From the human T2T-CHM13v2.0 reference genome, Homo sapiens: a stretch of 64,000 bases of DNA. The stretch lies in NCBI RefSeq assembly GCF_009914755.1, contig NC_060948.1. The stretch is one strand, 5' to 3'. Of the stretch, positions 40,363 to 59,715 are shown piece after piece. A program made the translations under genes and the position numbers. The notes below the pieces were generated by a model. That model was not told the origin of the DNA and did no database searches. It was given only the letters and a program-made list of their open reading frames with translations. The stretch's first letter is position 1. The number at the start of each line of letters is the position of its first letter.

Positions 40363-42465
40363 AGATCCATATTTTTTAAATGAAAAAAAATTTCAAAGGT
40401 ACTCTGCTTGGTACAATAATCAAATGTATAAACTGAGGAATAAAACATAACCATGAAACCTACTTATAACTGCATATGGAAAATACAGAGGATAATTTTT
40501 TAAATAACATATTTTGAAAGCCTTAACTAGTAATTTGAAGAGTTGGCATTTGAAAGGCCAGTATGAATATACCTTCAAAGCAGCAACACAGGTTCCCCAT
40601 GAGAAAAAGCAAACACAGGGAAAATAAAAACACAAAGGTTCAATCTCTTCTGACCTTTGAAAGACACAGCACAGACAGTGGTCCTTAGGACGAAGAGCAG
40701 GAGACCCCTAATTCCGTCACCATGGCGATAGGGCATAAACATTGCTGGGTGAGGGCACAATCCACATTGTGAGGTCCAACTGCTGCCAGGAAGACAGGAG
40801 TGCTTTTACATAGACCGAAAGGTCATTGAAGGCTCAGAGTTTTGTTTCAAGAACTGAATCCCAAGCCCACACGTTATTAGGCTGCGCTTCTTAAAACAAG
40901 TTATGAGATGGGAAAAAGGGCACCCACAAATATAAGTATACATTATGTATATAATAATATACAGTATCATATATATAATATATATAACCTATGTATAATA
41001 TTGTTTTACATCCTGCATCTTATGTTATATATATTGTATAAAATATAATAATTGATAATATATAAGTTTTATAATTATACAATATGACATATAGTATATA
41101 TTATAATTTATGACATATATAATATATGTTATATATCATATATAGAATATAGTATACGGTTAATATACGTATTAAATATAAATTATACATTATATATATT
41201 ATATATAATATATCTGTTATATATAATACCCATTATGCATAATATATATATTATGTCTATGTTATATATAGTATAAAACAACATATAATAATATATAATT
41301 GTATATATAAAATGCGACATATAATATATATTATATTTTATAACATATGTAATATATATTATATATTATATATAATACGTTGTATGTATAATACCTATAT
41401 TAAATATATATTATATGACTATGTTATTAATTACATGTCACATGTGTTATATATTATATATTTTACATAGAATATACCGGTTACATACAATATATACTAT
41501 GTTACCTATAATGTATAATTTATTACATGTAAAATAAAGAATGCAATATATTATGTATAATTTATAATATACAATATGTGGAATGTGATATATATAACAT
41601 ATAATATATGATATATGATATACAGTATATGATATATAACATACAATATATGATTCCTAATATATATGGTATACAATATATATTTTATGATATGTATTCT
41701 ATATGTTTTATATTCTGTTATATATAACTATTTGAAATTATATATAACTGTATAATATTTTATGTAAATATGTAATATAATATATATAACTATATAATAT
41801 ATTATATATAACTATATATTATGTTATGTATACTTTTATAACATAATTTACATAAAATATCATAATATAATATATATTATATTATTTCATATTACATAAT
41901 ATATATTACATATCACCCAATATAACTAACATACATAATATTATAATATAGATTATATTATGTTATATTAAATATCATATATATCATGTATCATATATTC
42001 TATAATATATATTACACATTATATAATATGTATGCTGTCTATTATGTGATATATATAACTATATATAATTATATTTTTATACATATAACTAGATAAACAT
42101 GTAATTCTACATATTTTCATTTATAATATGTAGAATTATATAATCATATATAATTATTTATATTCTATAAAAAATTTTATCATTATATAAATTATAATAT
42201 ATAAAAATTATAATATGTACTACAAATATATATATTATATATCATATATGATATAGTACCTTTGTTATATATCATAATACATATAAATGTGTATTATGTT
42301 ATCTATAATTATATAATTTCATATATAAGGTGTATAATATGTATCATATATTATATATGTTATGTAATATATATAGTATATATAAGATGACACAGGATAA
42401 ATATTATATACTATGACATATAAAATATATGAGGTTATATGTTACATATAAGGCATAGCACATAA

Positions 42466-42780
<315 letters not shown>

Positions 42781-44885
42781 AGATCCATATTTTTTAAATG
42801 AAAAAAAATTTCAAAGGTACTCTGCTTGGTACAATAATCAAATGTATAAACTGAGGAATAAAACATAACCATGAAACCTACTTATAACTGCATATGGAAA
42901 ATACAGAGGATAATTTTTTAAATAACATATTTTGAAAGCCTTAACTAGTAATTTGAAGAGTTGGCATTTGAAAGGCCAGTATGAATATACCTTCAAAGCA
43001 GCAACACAGGTTCCCCATGAGAAAAAGCAAACACAGGGAAAATAAAAACACAAAGGTTCAATCTCTTCTGACCTTTGAAAGACACAGCACAGACAGTGGT
43101 CCTTAGGACGAAGAGCAGGAGACCCCTAATTCCGTCACCATGGCGATAGGGCATAAACATTGCTGGGTGAGGGCACAATCCACATTGTGAGGTCCAACTG
43201 CTGCCAGGAAGACAGGAGTGCTTTTACATAGACCGAAAGGTCATTGAAGGCTCAGAGTTTTGTTTCAAGAACTGAATCCCAAGCCCACACGTTATTAGGC
43301 TGCGCTTCTTAAAACAAGTGATGAGATGGGAAAAAGGGCACCCACAAACATACGTATACATTATGTATATAATAATATACAGTATCATATATATAATATA
43401 TATAACCTATGTATAATATTGTTTTACATCCTGCATCTTATGTTATATATATTGTATAAAATATAATAATTGATAATATATAAGTTTTATAATTATACAA
43501 TATGACATATAGTATATATTATAATTTATGACATATATAATATATGTTATATATCATATATAGAATATATTATACGGTTAATATACGTATTAAATGTAAA
43601 TTATACCTTATATATATTATATATAATATAACTGTTATATATAATAACCATTATGCATAATATATATATTATGTCTATGTTATATATAGTATAAAACAAC
43701 ATATAATAATATATAATTGTATATATAAAATGCGACATATAATATATATTATATTTTATAACATATGTAATATATATTATATATTATATATAATACGTTG
43801 TATGTATAATACCTATATTAAATATATATTACATGACTATGTTATTAATTACATGTCACATGTGTTATATATTATATATTTTACATAGAATATACCGGTT
43901 ACATACAATATATACTATGTTACCTATAATGTATAATTTATTACAAGTAAAATAAAGAATGCAATATATTATGTATAATTTATAATATACAATATGTGGA
44001 ATGTGATATATGTAACATATAATATATGATATATGATATACAGTATATGATATATAACATACAATATATGATTCTTAATATATATGGTATACAATATATA
44101 TTTTATGATATGTATTCTATATGTTTTATATTCTGTTATATATAACTATTTGAAATTATATATAACTGTATAATATTTTATGTAAATATGTAATATAATA
44201 TATATAACTATATAATATATTATATATAACTATATATTATGTTATGTATACTTTTATAACATAATTTACATAAAATATCATAATATAATATATATTATAT
44301 TATTTCATATTACATAATATATATTACATATCACCCAATATAACTAACATACATAATATTATAATATAGATTATATTATGTTATATTAAATATCATATAT
44401 ATCATGTATCATATATTCTATAATATATATTACACATTATATAATATGTATGTTGTCTATTATGTGATATATATAACTATATATATAATTATATTTTTAT
44501 ACATATAACTAGATAAACATGTAATTCTACATATTTTCATTTATAATATGTAGAATTATATAATCATATATAATTATTTATATTCTATAAAAAATTTTAT
44601 CATTATATAAATTATAATATATAAAAATTATAATATGTACTACAAATATATATATTATATATCATATATGATATAGTACCTTTGTTATATATCATAATAC
44701 ATATAAATGTGTATTATGTTATCTATAATTATATAATTTCATATATAAGGTGTATAATATGTATCATATATTATATATGTTATGTAATATATATAGTATA
44801 TATAAGATGACACAGGATAAATATTATATACTATGACATATAAAATATATGAGGTTATATGTTACATATAAGGCATAGCACATAA

Positions 44886-45200
<315 letters not shown>

Positions 45201-47303
45201 AGATCCATATTTTTTAAATGAAAAAAAATTTCAAAGGTACTCTGCTTGGTACAATAATCAAATGTATAAACTGAGGAATAAAACATAACCATGAAACCTA
45301 CTTATAACTGCATATGGAAAATACAGAGGATAATTTTTTAAATAACATATTTTGAAAGCCTTAACTAGTAATTTGAAGAGTTGGCATTTGAAAGGCCAGT
45401 ATGAATATACCTTCAAAGCAGCAACACAGGTTCCCCATGAGAAAAAGCAAACACAGGGAAAATAAAAACACAAAGGTTCAATCTCTTCTGACCTTTGAAA
45501 GACACAGCACAGACAGTGGTCCTTAGGACGAAGAGCAGGAGACCCCTAATTCCGTCACCATGGCGATAGGGCATAAACATTGCTGGGTGAGGGCACAATC
45601 CACATTGTGAGGTCCAACTGCTGCCAGGAAGACAGGAGTGCTTTTACATAGACCGAAAGGTCATTGAAGGCTCAGAGTTTTGTTTCAAGAACTGAATCCC
45701 AAGCCCACACGTTATTAGGCTGCGCTTCTTAAAACAAGTTATGAGATGGGAAAAAGGGGACCCACAAACATACGTATACATTATGTATATAATAATATAC
45801 AGTATCATATATATAATATATATAACCTATGTATAATATTGTTTTACATCCTGCATCTTATGTTATATATATTGTATAAAATATAATAATTGATAATATA
45901 TAAGTTTTATAATTATACAATATGACATATAGTATATATTATAATTTATGACATATATAATATAAGTTATATATCATATATAGAATATAGTATACGGTTA
46001 ATATACGTATTAAATATAAATTATACATTATATATATTATATATAATATATCTGTTATATATAATACCCATTATGCATAATATATATATTATGTCTATGT
46101 TATATATAGTATAAAACAACATATAATAATATATAATTGTATATATAAAATGCGACATATAATATATATTATATTTTATAACATATGTAATATATATTAT
46201 ATATTATATATAATACGTTGTATGTATAATACCTATATTAAATATATATTATATGACTATGTTATTAATTACATGTCACATGTGTTATATATTATATATT
46301 TTACATAGAATATACCGGTTACATACAATATATACTATGTTACCTATAATGTATAATTTATTACATGTAAAATAAAGAATGTAATATATTATGTATAATT
46401 TATAATATACAATATGTGGAATGTGATATATATAACATATAATATATGATATATGATATACAGTATATGATATATAACATACAATATATGATTCCTAATA
46501 TATATGGTATACAATATATATTTTATGATATGTATTCTATATGTTTTATATTCTGTTATATATAACTATTTGAAATTATATATAACTGTATAATATTTTA
46601 TGTAAATATGTAATATAATATATATAACTATATAATATATTATATATAACTATATATTATGTTATGTATACTTTTATAACATAATTTACAAAAAATATCA
46701 TAATATAATATATATTATATTATTTCATATTACATAATATATATTACATATCACCCAATATAACTAACATACATAATATTATAATATAGATTATATTATG
46801 TTATATTAAATATCATATATATCATGTATCATATATTCTATAATATATATTACACATTATATAATATGTATGCTGTCTATTATGTGATATATATAACTAT
46901 ATATAATTATATTTTTATACATATAACTAGATAAACATGTAATTCTACATATTTTCATTTATAATATGTAGAATTATATAATCATATATAATTATTTATA
47001 TTCTATAAAAAATTTTATCATTATATAAATTATAATATATAAAAATTATAATAAGTACTACAAATATATATATTATATATCATATATGATATAGTACCTT
47101 TGTTATATATCATAATACATATAAATGTGTATTATGTTATCTATAATTATATAATTTCATATATAAGGTGTATAATATGTATCATATATTATATATGTTA
47201 TGTAATATATATAGTATATATAAGATGACACAGGATAAATATTATATACTATGACATATAAAATATATGAGGTTATATGTTACATATAAGGCATAGCACA
47301 TAA

Positions 47304-47618
<315 letters not shown>

Positions 47619-49722
47619 AGATCCATATTTTTTAAATGAAAAAAAATTTCAAAGGTACTCTGCTTGGTACAATAATCAAATGTATAAACTGAGGAATAAA
47701 ACATAACCATGAAACCTACTTATAACTGCATATGGAAAATACAGAGGATAATTTTTTAAATAACATATTTTGAAAGCCTTAACTAGTAATTTGAAGAGTT
47801 GGCATTTGAAAGGCCAGTATGAATATACCTTCAAAGCAGCAACACAGGTTCCCCATGAGAAAAAGCAAACACAGGGAAAATAAAAACACAAAGGTTCAAT
47901 CTCTTCTGACCTTTGAAAGACACAGCACAGACAGTGGTCCTTAGGACGAAGAGCAGGAGACCCCTAATTCCGTCACCATGGCGATAGGACATAAACATTG
48001 CTGGGTGAGGGCACAATCCACATTGTGAGGTCCAACTGCTGCCAGGAAGACAGGAGTGCTTTTACATAGACCGAAAGGTCATTGAAGGCTCAGAGTTTTG
48101 TTTCAAGAACTGAATCCCAAGCCCACACGTTATTAGGCTGCGCTTCTTAAAACAAGTTATGAGATGGGAAAAAGGGCACCCACAAACATACGTATACATT
48201 ATGTATATAATAATATACAGTATCATATATATAATATATATAACCTATGTATAATATTGTTTTACATCCTGCATCTTATGTTATATATATTGTATAAAAT
48301 ATAATAATTGATAATATATAAGTTTTATAATTATACAATATGACATATAGTATATATTATAATTTATGACATATATAATATATGTTATATATCATATATA
48401 GAGTATATTATACGGTTAATATACGTATTAAATATAAATTATACATTATATATATTATATATAATATATCTGTTATATATAATACCCATTATGCATAATA
48501 TATATATTATGTCTATGTTATATATAGTATAAAACAACATATAATAATATATAATTGTATATATAAAATGCGACATATAATATATATTATATTTTATAAC
48601 ATATGTAATATATATTATATATTATCTATAATACGTTGTATGTATAATACCTATATTAAATATATATTATATGACTATGTTATTAATTACATGTCACATG
48701 TGTTATATATTATATATTTTAAATAGAATATACCGGTTACATACAATATATACTATGTTACCTATAATGTATAATTTATTACATGTAAAATAAGGAATGC
48801 AATATATTATGTATAATTTATAATATACAATATGTGGAATGTGATATATATAACATATAATATATGATATATGATATACAGTATATGATATATAACATAC
48901 AATATATGATTCCTAATATATATGGTATACAATATATATTTTATGATATGTATTCTATATGTTTTATATTCTGTTATATATAACTATTTGAAATTATATA
49001 TAACTGTATAATATTTTATGTAATATGTAATATAATATATATAACTATATAATATATTATATATAACTATATATTATGTTATATATACTTTTATAACATA
49101 ATTTACATAAAATATCATAATATAATATATATTATATTATTTCATATTACATAATATATATTACATATCACCCAATATAACTAACATACATAATATTATA
49201 ATATAGATTATATTATGTTATATTAAATATCATATATATCATGTATCATATATTCTATAGTATATATTACACATTATATAATATGTATGTTGTCTATTAT
49301 GTGATATATATAACTATATATATAATTATATTTTTATACATATAACTAGATAAACATGTAATTCTACATATTTTCATTTATAATATGTAGAATTATATAA
49401 TCATATATAATTATTTATATTCTATAAAAAATTTTATCATTATATGAATTATAATATATAAAAATTATAATATGTACTACAAATATATATATTATATATC
49501 ATATATGATATAGTACCTTTGTTATATCTCATAATACATATAAATGTGTATTATGTTATCTATAATTATATAATTTCATATATAAGATGTATAATATGTA
49601 TCATATATTATATATGTTATGTAATATATATAGTATATATAAGATGACACAGGATAAATATTATATACTATGACATATAAAATATATGAGGTTATATGTT
49701 ACATATAATGCATAGCACATAA

Positions 49723-50037
<315 letters not shown>

Positions 50038-52143
50038 AGATCCGTATTTTTTAAATGAAAAAAAATTTCAAAGGTACTCTGCTTGGTACAATAATCAAAT
50101 GTATAAACTGAGGAATAAAACATAACCATGAAACCTACTTATAACTGCATATGGAAAATACAGAGGATAATTTTTTAAATAACATATTTTGAAAGCCTTA
50201 ACTAGTAATTTGAAGAGTTGGCATTTGAAAGGCCAGTATGAATATACCTTCAAAGCAGCAACACAGGTTCCCCATGAGAAAAAGCAAACACAGGGAAAAT
50301 AAAAACACAAAGGTTCAATCTCTTCTGACTTTTGAAAGACACAGCACAGACAGTGGTCCTTAGGACGAAGAGCAGGAGACCCCTAATTCCGTCACCATGG
50401 CGATAGGGCATAAACATTGCTGGGTGAGGGCACAATCCACATTGTGAGGTCCAACTGCTGCCAGGAAGACAGGAGTGCTTTTACATAGACCGAAAGGTCA
50501 TTGAAGGCTCAGAGTTTTGTTTCAAGAACTGAATCCCAAGCCCACACGTTATTAGGCTGCGCTTCTTAAAACAAGTTATGAGATGGGAAAAAGGGCACCC
50601 ACAAACATACGTATACATTATGTATATAATAATATACAGTATCATATATATAATATATATAACCTATGTATAATATTGTTTTACATCCTGCATCTTATGT
50701 TATATATATTGTATAAAATATAATAATTGATAATATATAAGTTTTATAATTATACAATATGACATATAGTATATATTATAATTTATGACATATATAATAT
50801 ATGTTATATATCATATATAGAATATATTATACGGTTAATATACGTATTAAATATAAATTATACATTATATATATTATATATAATATATCTGTTATATATA
50901 ATACCCATTATGCATAATATATATATTATGTCTATGTTATATATAGTATAAAACAACATATAATAATATATAATTGTATATATAAAATGCGACATATAAT
51001 ATATATTATATTTTATAACATATGTAATATATATTATATATTATATATAATACGTTGTATGTATAATACCTATATTAAATATATATTATATGACTATGTT
51101 ATTAATTACATGTCACATGTGTTATATATTATATATTTTAAATAGAATATACCGGTTACATACAATATATACTATGTTACCTATAATGTATAATTTATTA
51201 CATGTAAAATAAGGAATGCAATATATTATGTATAATTTATAATATACAATATGTGGAATGTGATATATATAACATATAATATATGATATATGATATACAG
51301 TATATGATATATAACATACAATATATGATTCCTAAAATATATGGTATACAATGTATATTTTATGTTATGTATTCTATATGTTTTATATTCTGTTATATAT
51401 AACTATTTGAAATTATATATAACTGTATAATATTTTATGTAATATGTAATATAATATATATAACTATATAATATATTATATATAACTATATATTATGTTA
51501 TATATACTTTTATAACATAATTTACATAAAATATCATAATATAATATATATTATATTATTTCATATTACATAATATATATTACATATCACCCAATATAAG
51601 TAACATACATAATATTATAATATAGATTATATTATGTTATATTAAATATCATATATATCATGTATCATATATTCTATAATATATATTACACATTATATAA
51701 TATGTATGTTGTCTATTATGTGATATATATAACTATATATATTATTATATTTTTATACATATAACTAGATAAACATGTAATTCTACATATTTTCATTTAT
51801 AATATGTAGAATTATATAATCATATATAATTATTTATATTCTATAAAAAATTTTATCATTATATGAATTATAATATATAAAAATTATAATATGTACTACA
51901 AATATATATATATTATATATCATATATGATATAGTACCTTTGTTATATATCATAATACATATAAATGTGTATTATGTTATCTATAATTATATAATTTCAT
52001 ATATAAGATGTATAATATGTATCATATATTATATATGTTATGTAATATATATAGTATATATAAGATGACACAGGATAAATATTATATACTATGACATATA
52101 AAATATATGAGGTTATATGTTACATATAATGCATAGCACATAA

Positions 52144-52458
<315 letters not shown>

Positions 52459-54563
52459 AGATCCGTATTTTTTAAATGAAAAAAAATTTCAAAGGTACTC
52501 TGCTTGGTACAATAATCAAATGTATAAACTGAGGAATAAAACATAACCATGAAACCTACTTATAACTGCATATGGAAAATACAGAGGATAATTTTTTAAA
52601 TAACATATTTTGAAAGCCTTAACTAGTAATTTGAAGAGTTGGCATTTGAAAGGCCAGTATGAATATACCTTCAAAGCAGCAACACAGGTTCCCCATGAGA
52701 AAAAGCAAACTCAGGGAAAATAAAACCACAAAGGTTCAATCTCTTCTGACCTTTGAAAGACACAGCACAGACAGTGGTCCTTAGGACGAAGAGCAGGAGA
52801 CCCCTAATTCCGTCACCATGGCGATAGGGCATAAACATTGCTGGGTGAGGGCACAATCCACATTGTGAGGTCCAACTGCTGCCAGGAAGACAGGAGTGCT
52901 TTTACATAGACCGAAAGGTCATTGAAGGCTCAGAGTTTTGTTTCAAGAACTGAATCCCAAGCCCACACGTTATTAGGCTGCGCTTCTTAAAACAAGTTAT
53001 GAGATGGGAAAAAGGGCACCCACAAACATACGTATACATTATGTATATAATAATATACAGTATCATATATATAATATATATAACCTATGTATAATATTGT
53101 TTTACATCCTGCATCTTATGTTATATATATTGTATAAAATATAATAATTGATAATATATAAGTTTTATAATTATACAATATGACATATAGTATATATTAT
53201 AATTTATGACATATATAATATATGTTATATATCATATATAGAATATATTATACGGTTAATATACGTATTAAATATAAATTATACATTATATATATTATAT
53301 ATAATATATCTGTTATATATAATACCCATTATGCATAATATATATATTATGTCTATGTTATATATAGTATAAAACAACATATAATAATATATAATTGTAT
53401 ATATAAAATGCGACATATAATATATATTATATTTTATAACATATGTAATATATATTATATATTATATATAATACGTTGTATGTATAATACCTATATTAAA
53501 TATATATTATATGACTATGTTATTAATTACATGTCACATGTGTTATATATTATATATTTTACATAGAATATACCGGTTAGATACAATATATACTATGTTA
53601 CCTATAATGTATAATTTATTACATGTAAAATAAAGAATGCAATATATTATGTATAATTTATAATATACAATATGTGGAATGTGATATATATAACATATAA
53701 TATATGATATATGATATACAGTATATGATATATAACATACAATATATGATTCCTAATATATATGGTATACAATATATATTTTATGATATGTATTCTATAT
53801 GTTTTATATTCTGTTATATATAACTATTTGAAATTATATATAACTGTATAATATTTTATGTAAATATGTAATATAATATATATAACTATATAATATATTA
53901 TATATAACTATATATTATGTTATATATACTTTTATAACATAATTTACATAAAATATCATAATATAATATATATTATATTATTTCATATTACATAATATAT
54001 ATTACATATCACCCAATATAACTAACATACATAATATTATAATATAGATTATATTATGTTATATTAAATATCATATATATCATGTATCATATATTCTATA
54101 ATATATATTACACTTTATATAATATGTATGTTGTCTATTATGTGATATATATAACTATATATATAATTATATTTTTATACATATAACTAGATAACCATGT
54201 AATTCTACATATTTTCATTTATAATATGTAGAATTATATAATCATATATAATTATTTATATTCTATAAAAAATTTTATCATTATATAAATTATAATATAT
54301 AAAAATTATAATATGTACTACAAATATATATATTATATATCATATATGATATAGTACCTTTGTTATATATCATAATACATATAAATGTGTATTATGTTAT
54401 CTATAATTATATAATTTCATATATAAGGTGTATAATATGTATCATATATTATATATGTTATGTAATATATATAGTATATATAAGATGACACAGGATAAAT
54501 ATTATATACTATGACATATAAAATATATGAGGTTATATGTTACATATAAGGCATAGCACATAA

Positions 54564-54878
<315 letters not shown>

Positions 54879-57005
54879 AGATCCATATTTTTTAAATGAA
54901 AAAAAATTTCAAAGGTACTCTGCTTGGTACAATAATCAAATGTATAAACTGAGGAATAAAACATAACCATGAAACCTACTTATAACTGCATATGGAAAAT
55001 ACAGAGGATAATTTTTTAAATAACATATTTTGAAAGCCTTAACTAGTAATTTGAAGAGTTGGCATTTGAAAGGCCAGTATGAATATACCTTCAAAGCAGC
55101 AACACAGGTTCCCCATGAGAAAAAGCAAACTCAGGGAAAATAAAACCACAAAGGTTCAATCTCTTCTGACCTTTGAAAGACACAGCACAGACAGTGGTCC
55201 TTAGGACGAAGAGCAGGAGACCCCTAATTTCGTCACCATGGCGATAGGGCATAAACACTGCTGGGTGAGGGCACAATCCACATTGTGAGGTCCAACTGCT
55301 GCCAGGAAGACAGGAGTGCTTTTACATAGACCGAAAGGTCATTGAAGGCTCAGAGTTTTGTTTCAAGAACTGAATCCCAAGCCCACACGTTATTAGGCTG
55401 CGCTTCTTAAAACAAGTTATGAGATGGGAAAAAGGGCACCCACAAACATACGTATACATTATGTATATAATAATATACAGTGTCATATATATAATATATA
55501 TAACCTATGTATAATATTGTTTTACATCCTGCATCTTATGTTATATATATTGTATAAAATATAATAATTGATAATATATAACTTTTATAATTATACAATA
55601 TGACATATAGTATACATTATAATTTATGACATATATAATATATGTTATATATCATATACAGAATATATTATACGGTTAATATACGTATTAAATATAAATT
55701 ATACATTATATATATTATATATAATATATCTGTTATATATAATACCCATTATGCATAATATATATATTATGTCTATGTTATATATAGTATAAAACAACAT
55801 ATTATAATATATAATTGTATATATAAATGCGACATATAATATATATTATATTTTATAACATAAGTAATATATATTATATATTATATATAATACGTTGTAT
55901 GTATAATACCTATATTAAATATATATTATATGACTATGTTATTAATTACATGTCACATGTGTTATATATTATATATTTTACATAGAATATACCGGTTACA
56001 TACAATATATACCATGTTACCTATAATGTATAATTTATTACATGTAAAATAAAGAATGCAATATATTATGTATAATTTATAATATACAATATGTGGAATG
56101 TGATATATATAACATATAATATATGATATATGATATACAGTATATGATATATAACATACAATATATGATTCCTAATATATATGGTATACAATATATATTT
56201 TATGATATGTATTCTATATGTTTTATATTCTGTTATATATAACTATTTGAAATTATATATAACTGTATAATATTTTATGTAAATATGTAATATAATATAT
56301 ATAACTATATAATATATTATATATAACTATATATTATGTTATATATACTTTTATAACATAATTTACATAAAATATCATAACATAATATATATTATATTAT
56401 TTCATATTACATAATATATATTACATATCACCCAATATAACTAACATACATAATATTATAATATAGATTATATTATGTTATATTAAATATCATATATATC
56501 ATGTATCATATATTCTATAATATATATTACACATTATATAATATGTATGTTTTCTATTATGTGATATATATAACTATATATATAATTATATTTTTATACA
56601 TATAACTAGATAAACATGTAATTCTACATATTTTCATTTATAATATGTAGAATTATATAATCATATATAATTATTTATATTCTATAAAAAATTTTATCAT
56701 TATATAAATTATAATATATAAAAATTATAATATGTACTACAAATATATATATTATATATCATATATGATATAGTACCTTTGTTATATATCATAATACATA
56801 TAAATGTGTATTATGTTATCTATAATTATATAATTTCATATATAAGATGTATAATATGTATCATATATTATATATGTTATGTAATATATATAGTATATAT
56901 AAGATGACACAGGATAAATATTATATACTATGACATATAAAATATATGAGGTTATATGTTACATATAAGGCATAGCACATAACATGTAATGTATATCATA
57001 TATAA

Positions 57006-57296
57006 TTTTTTTTTAGACAGAGTCTTGTCCTGTTGCACAGGGTGGAGTACAATGGTGCCATCTTTGCTCACTGCAACATCTGCCCACGGGTCCAAGCGAT
57101 TGTCCTCCCTCAGCCTCCCAGGTAGCTGGGACTACACCACACTGGGACTACACCAGCTGCCACCATGCCTAGCTAATTTTTTGGATTTTTAGTAGTGACA
57201 GCGTTTCACTGTATTGGCCAGGATGGTCTTGATCTCTTCACCTTGTGATCCCCTTGCCTTAGCCTCCAAATTTGCTGGGATTACAGGCCTGAGCCA
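57006..57296 (-). mobile_element. DYZ2 Alu, unit 24 (divergent copy)
   Basis: Copy of the unit-1 Alu with clustered substitutions and a 1-bp deletion. Confidence 0.92.
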
Positions 57297-59400
57297 AGAT
57301 CCATATTTTTTAAATGAAAAAAAATTTCAAAGGTACTCTGCTTGGTACAATAATCAAATGTATAAACTGAGGAATAAAACATAACCATGAAACCTACTTA
57401 TAACTGCATATGGAAAATACAGAGGATAATTTTTTAAATAACATATTTTGAAAGCCTTAACTAGTAATTTGAAGAGTTGGCATTTGAAAGGCCAGTATGA
57501 ATATACCTTCAATGCAGCAACACAGGTTCCCCATGAGAAAAAGCAAACACAGGGAAAATAAAAACACAAAGGTTCAATCTCTTCTGACCTTTGAAAGACA
57601 CAGCACAGACAGTGGTCCTTAGGACGAAGAGCAGGAGACCCCTAATTCCGTCACCATGGCGATAGTGCATAAACATTGCTGGGTGAGGGCACAATCCACA
57701 TTGTGAGGTCCAACTGCTGCCAGGAAGACAGGAGTGCTTTTACATAGACCGAAAGGTCATTGAAGGCTCAGAGTTTTGTTTCAAGAACTGAATCCCAAGC
57801 CCACACGTTATTAGGCTGCGCTTCTTAAAACAAGTTATGAGATGGGAAAAAGGGCACCCACAAACATACGTATACATTATGTATATAATAATATACAGTG
57901 TCATATATATAATATATATAACCTATGTATAATATTGTTTTACATCCTGCATCTTATGTTATATATATTGTATAAACTATAATAATTGATAATATATAAC
58001 TTTTATAATTATACAATATGACATATAGTATATATTATAATTTGTGACATATATAATATATGTTATATATCATATACAGAATATATTATACGGTTAATAT
58101 ACGTATTAAATATAAATTATACATTATATATATTATATATGATATATCTGTTATATATAATACCCATTATGCATAATATATATATTATGTCTATGTTATA
58201 TATAGTATAAAACAGCATATAATAATATATAATTGTATATATAAATGCGACATATAATATATATTATATTTTATAACATATGTAATATATATTATATATT
58301 ATATATAATACGTTGTATGTATAATACCTATATTAAATATATATTATATGACTATGTTATTAATTACATGTCACATGTGTTATATATTATATATTTTACA
58401 TAGAATATACCGGTTACATACAATATATACCATGTTACCTATAATGTATAATTTATTACATGTAAAATAAAGAATGCAATATATTATGTATAATTTATAA
58501 TATACAATATGTGGAATGTGATATATATAACATATAATATATGATATATGATATACAGTATATGATATATAACATACAATATATGATTCCTAATATATAT
58601 GGTATACAATATATATTTTATGATATGTATTCTATATGTTTTATATTCTGTTATATATAACTATTTGAAATTATATATAACTGTATAATATTTTATGTAA
58701 ATATGTAATATAATATATATAACTATATAATATATTATATATAACTATATATTATGTTATATATACTTTTATAACATAATTTACATAAAATATCATAATA
58801 TAATATATATTATATTATTTCATATTACATAATATATATTACATATCACCCAATATAACTAACATACATAATATTATAATATAGATTATATTGTGTTATA
58901 TTAAATATCATATATATCATGTATCATATATTCTATAATATATATTACACATTATATAATATGTATGTTGTCTATTATGTGATATATATAACTATATATA
59001 TAATTATATTTTTATACATATAACTAGATAAACATGTAATTCTACATATTTTCATTTATAATATGTAGAATTATATAATCATATATAATTATTTATATTC
59101 TATAAAAAATTTTATCATTATATAAATTATAATATATAAAAATTATAATATGTACTACAAATATATATATTATATATCATATATGATATAGTACCTTTGT
59201 TATATATCACAATACATATAAATGTGTATTATGTTATGTATAATTATATAATTTCATATATAAGATGTATAATATGTATCATATATTATATATGTTATGT
59301 AATATATATAGTATATATAAGATGATACAGGATAAATATTATATACTATGACATATAAAATATATGAGGTTATATGTTACATATAAGGCATAGAACATAA

Positions 59401-59715
<315 letters not shown>

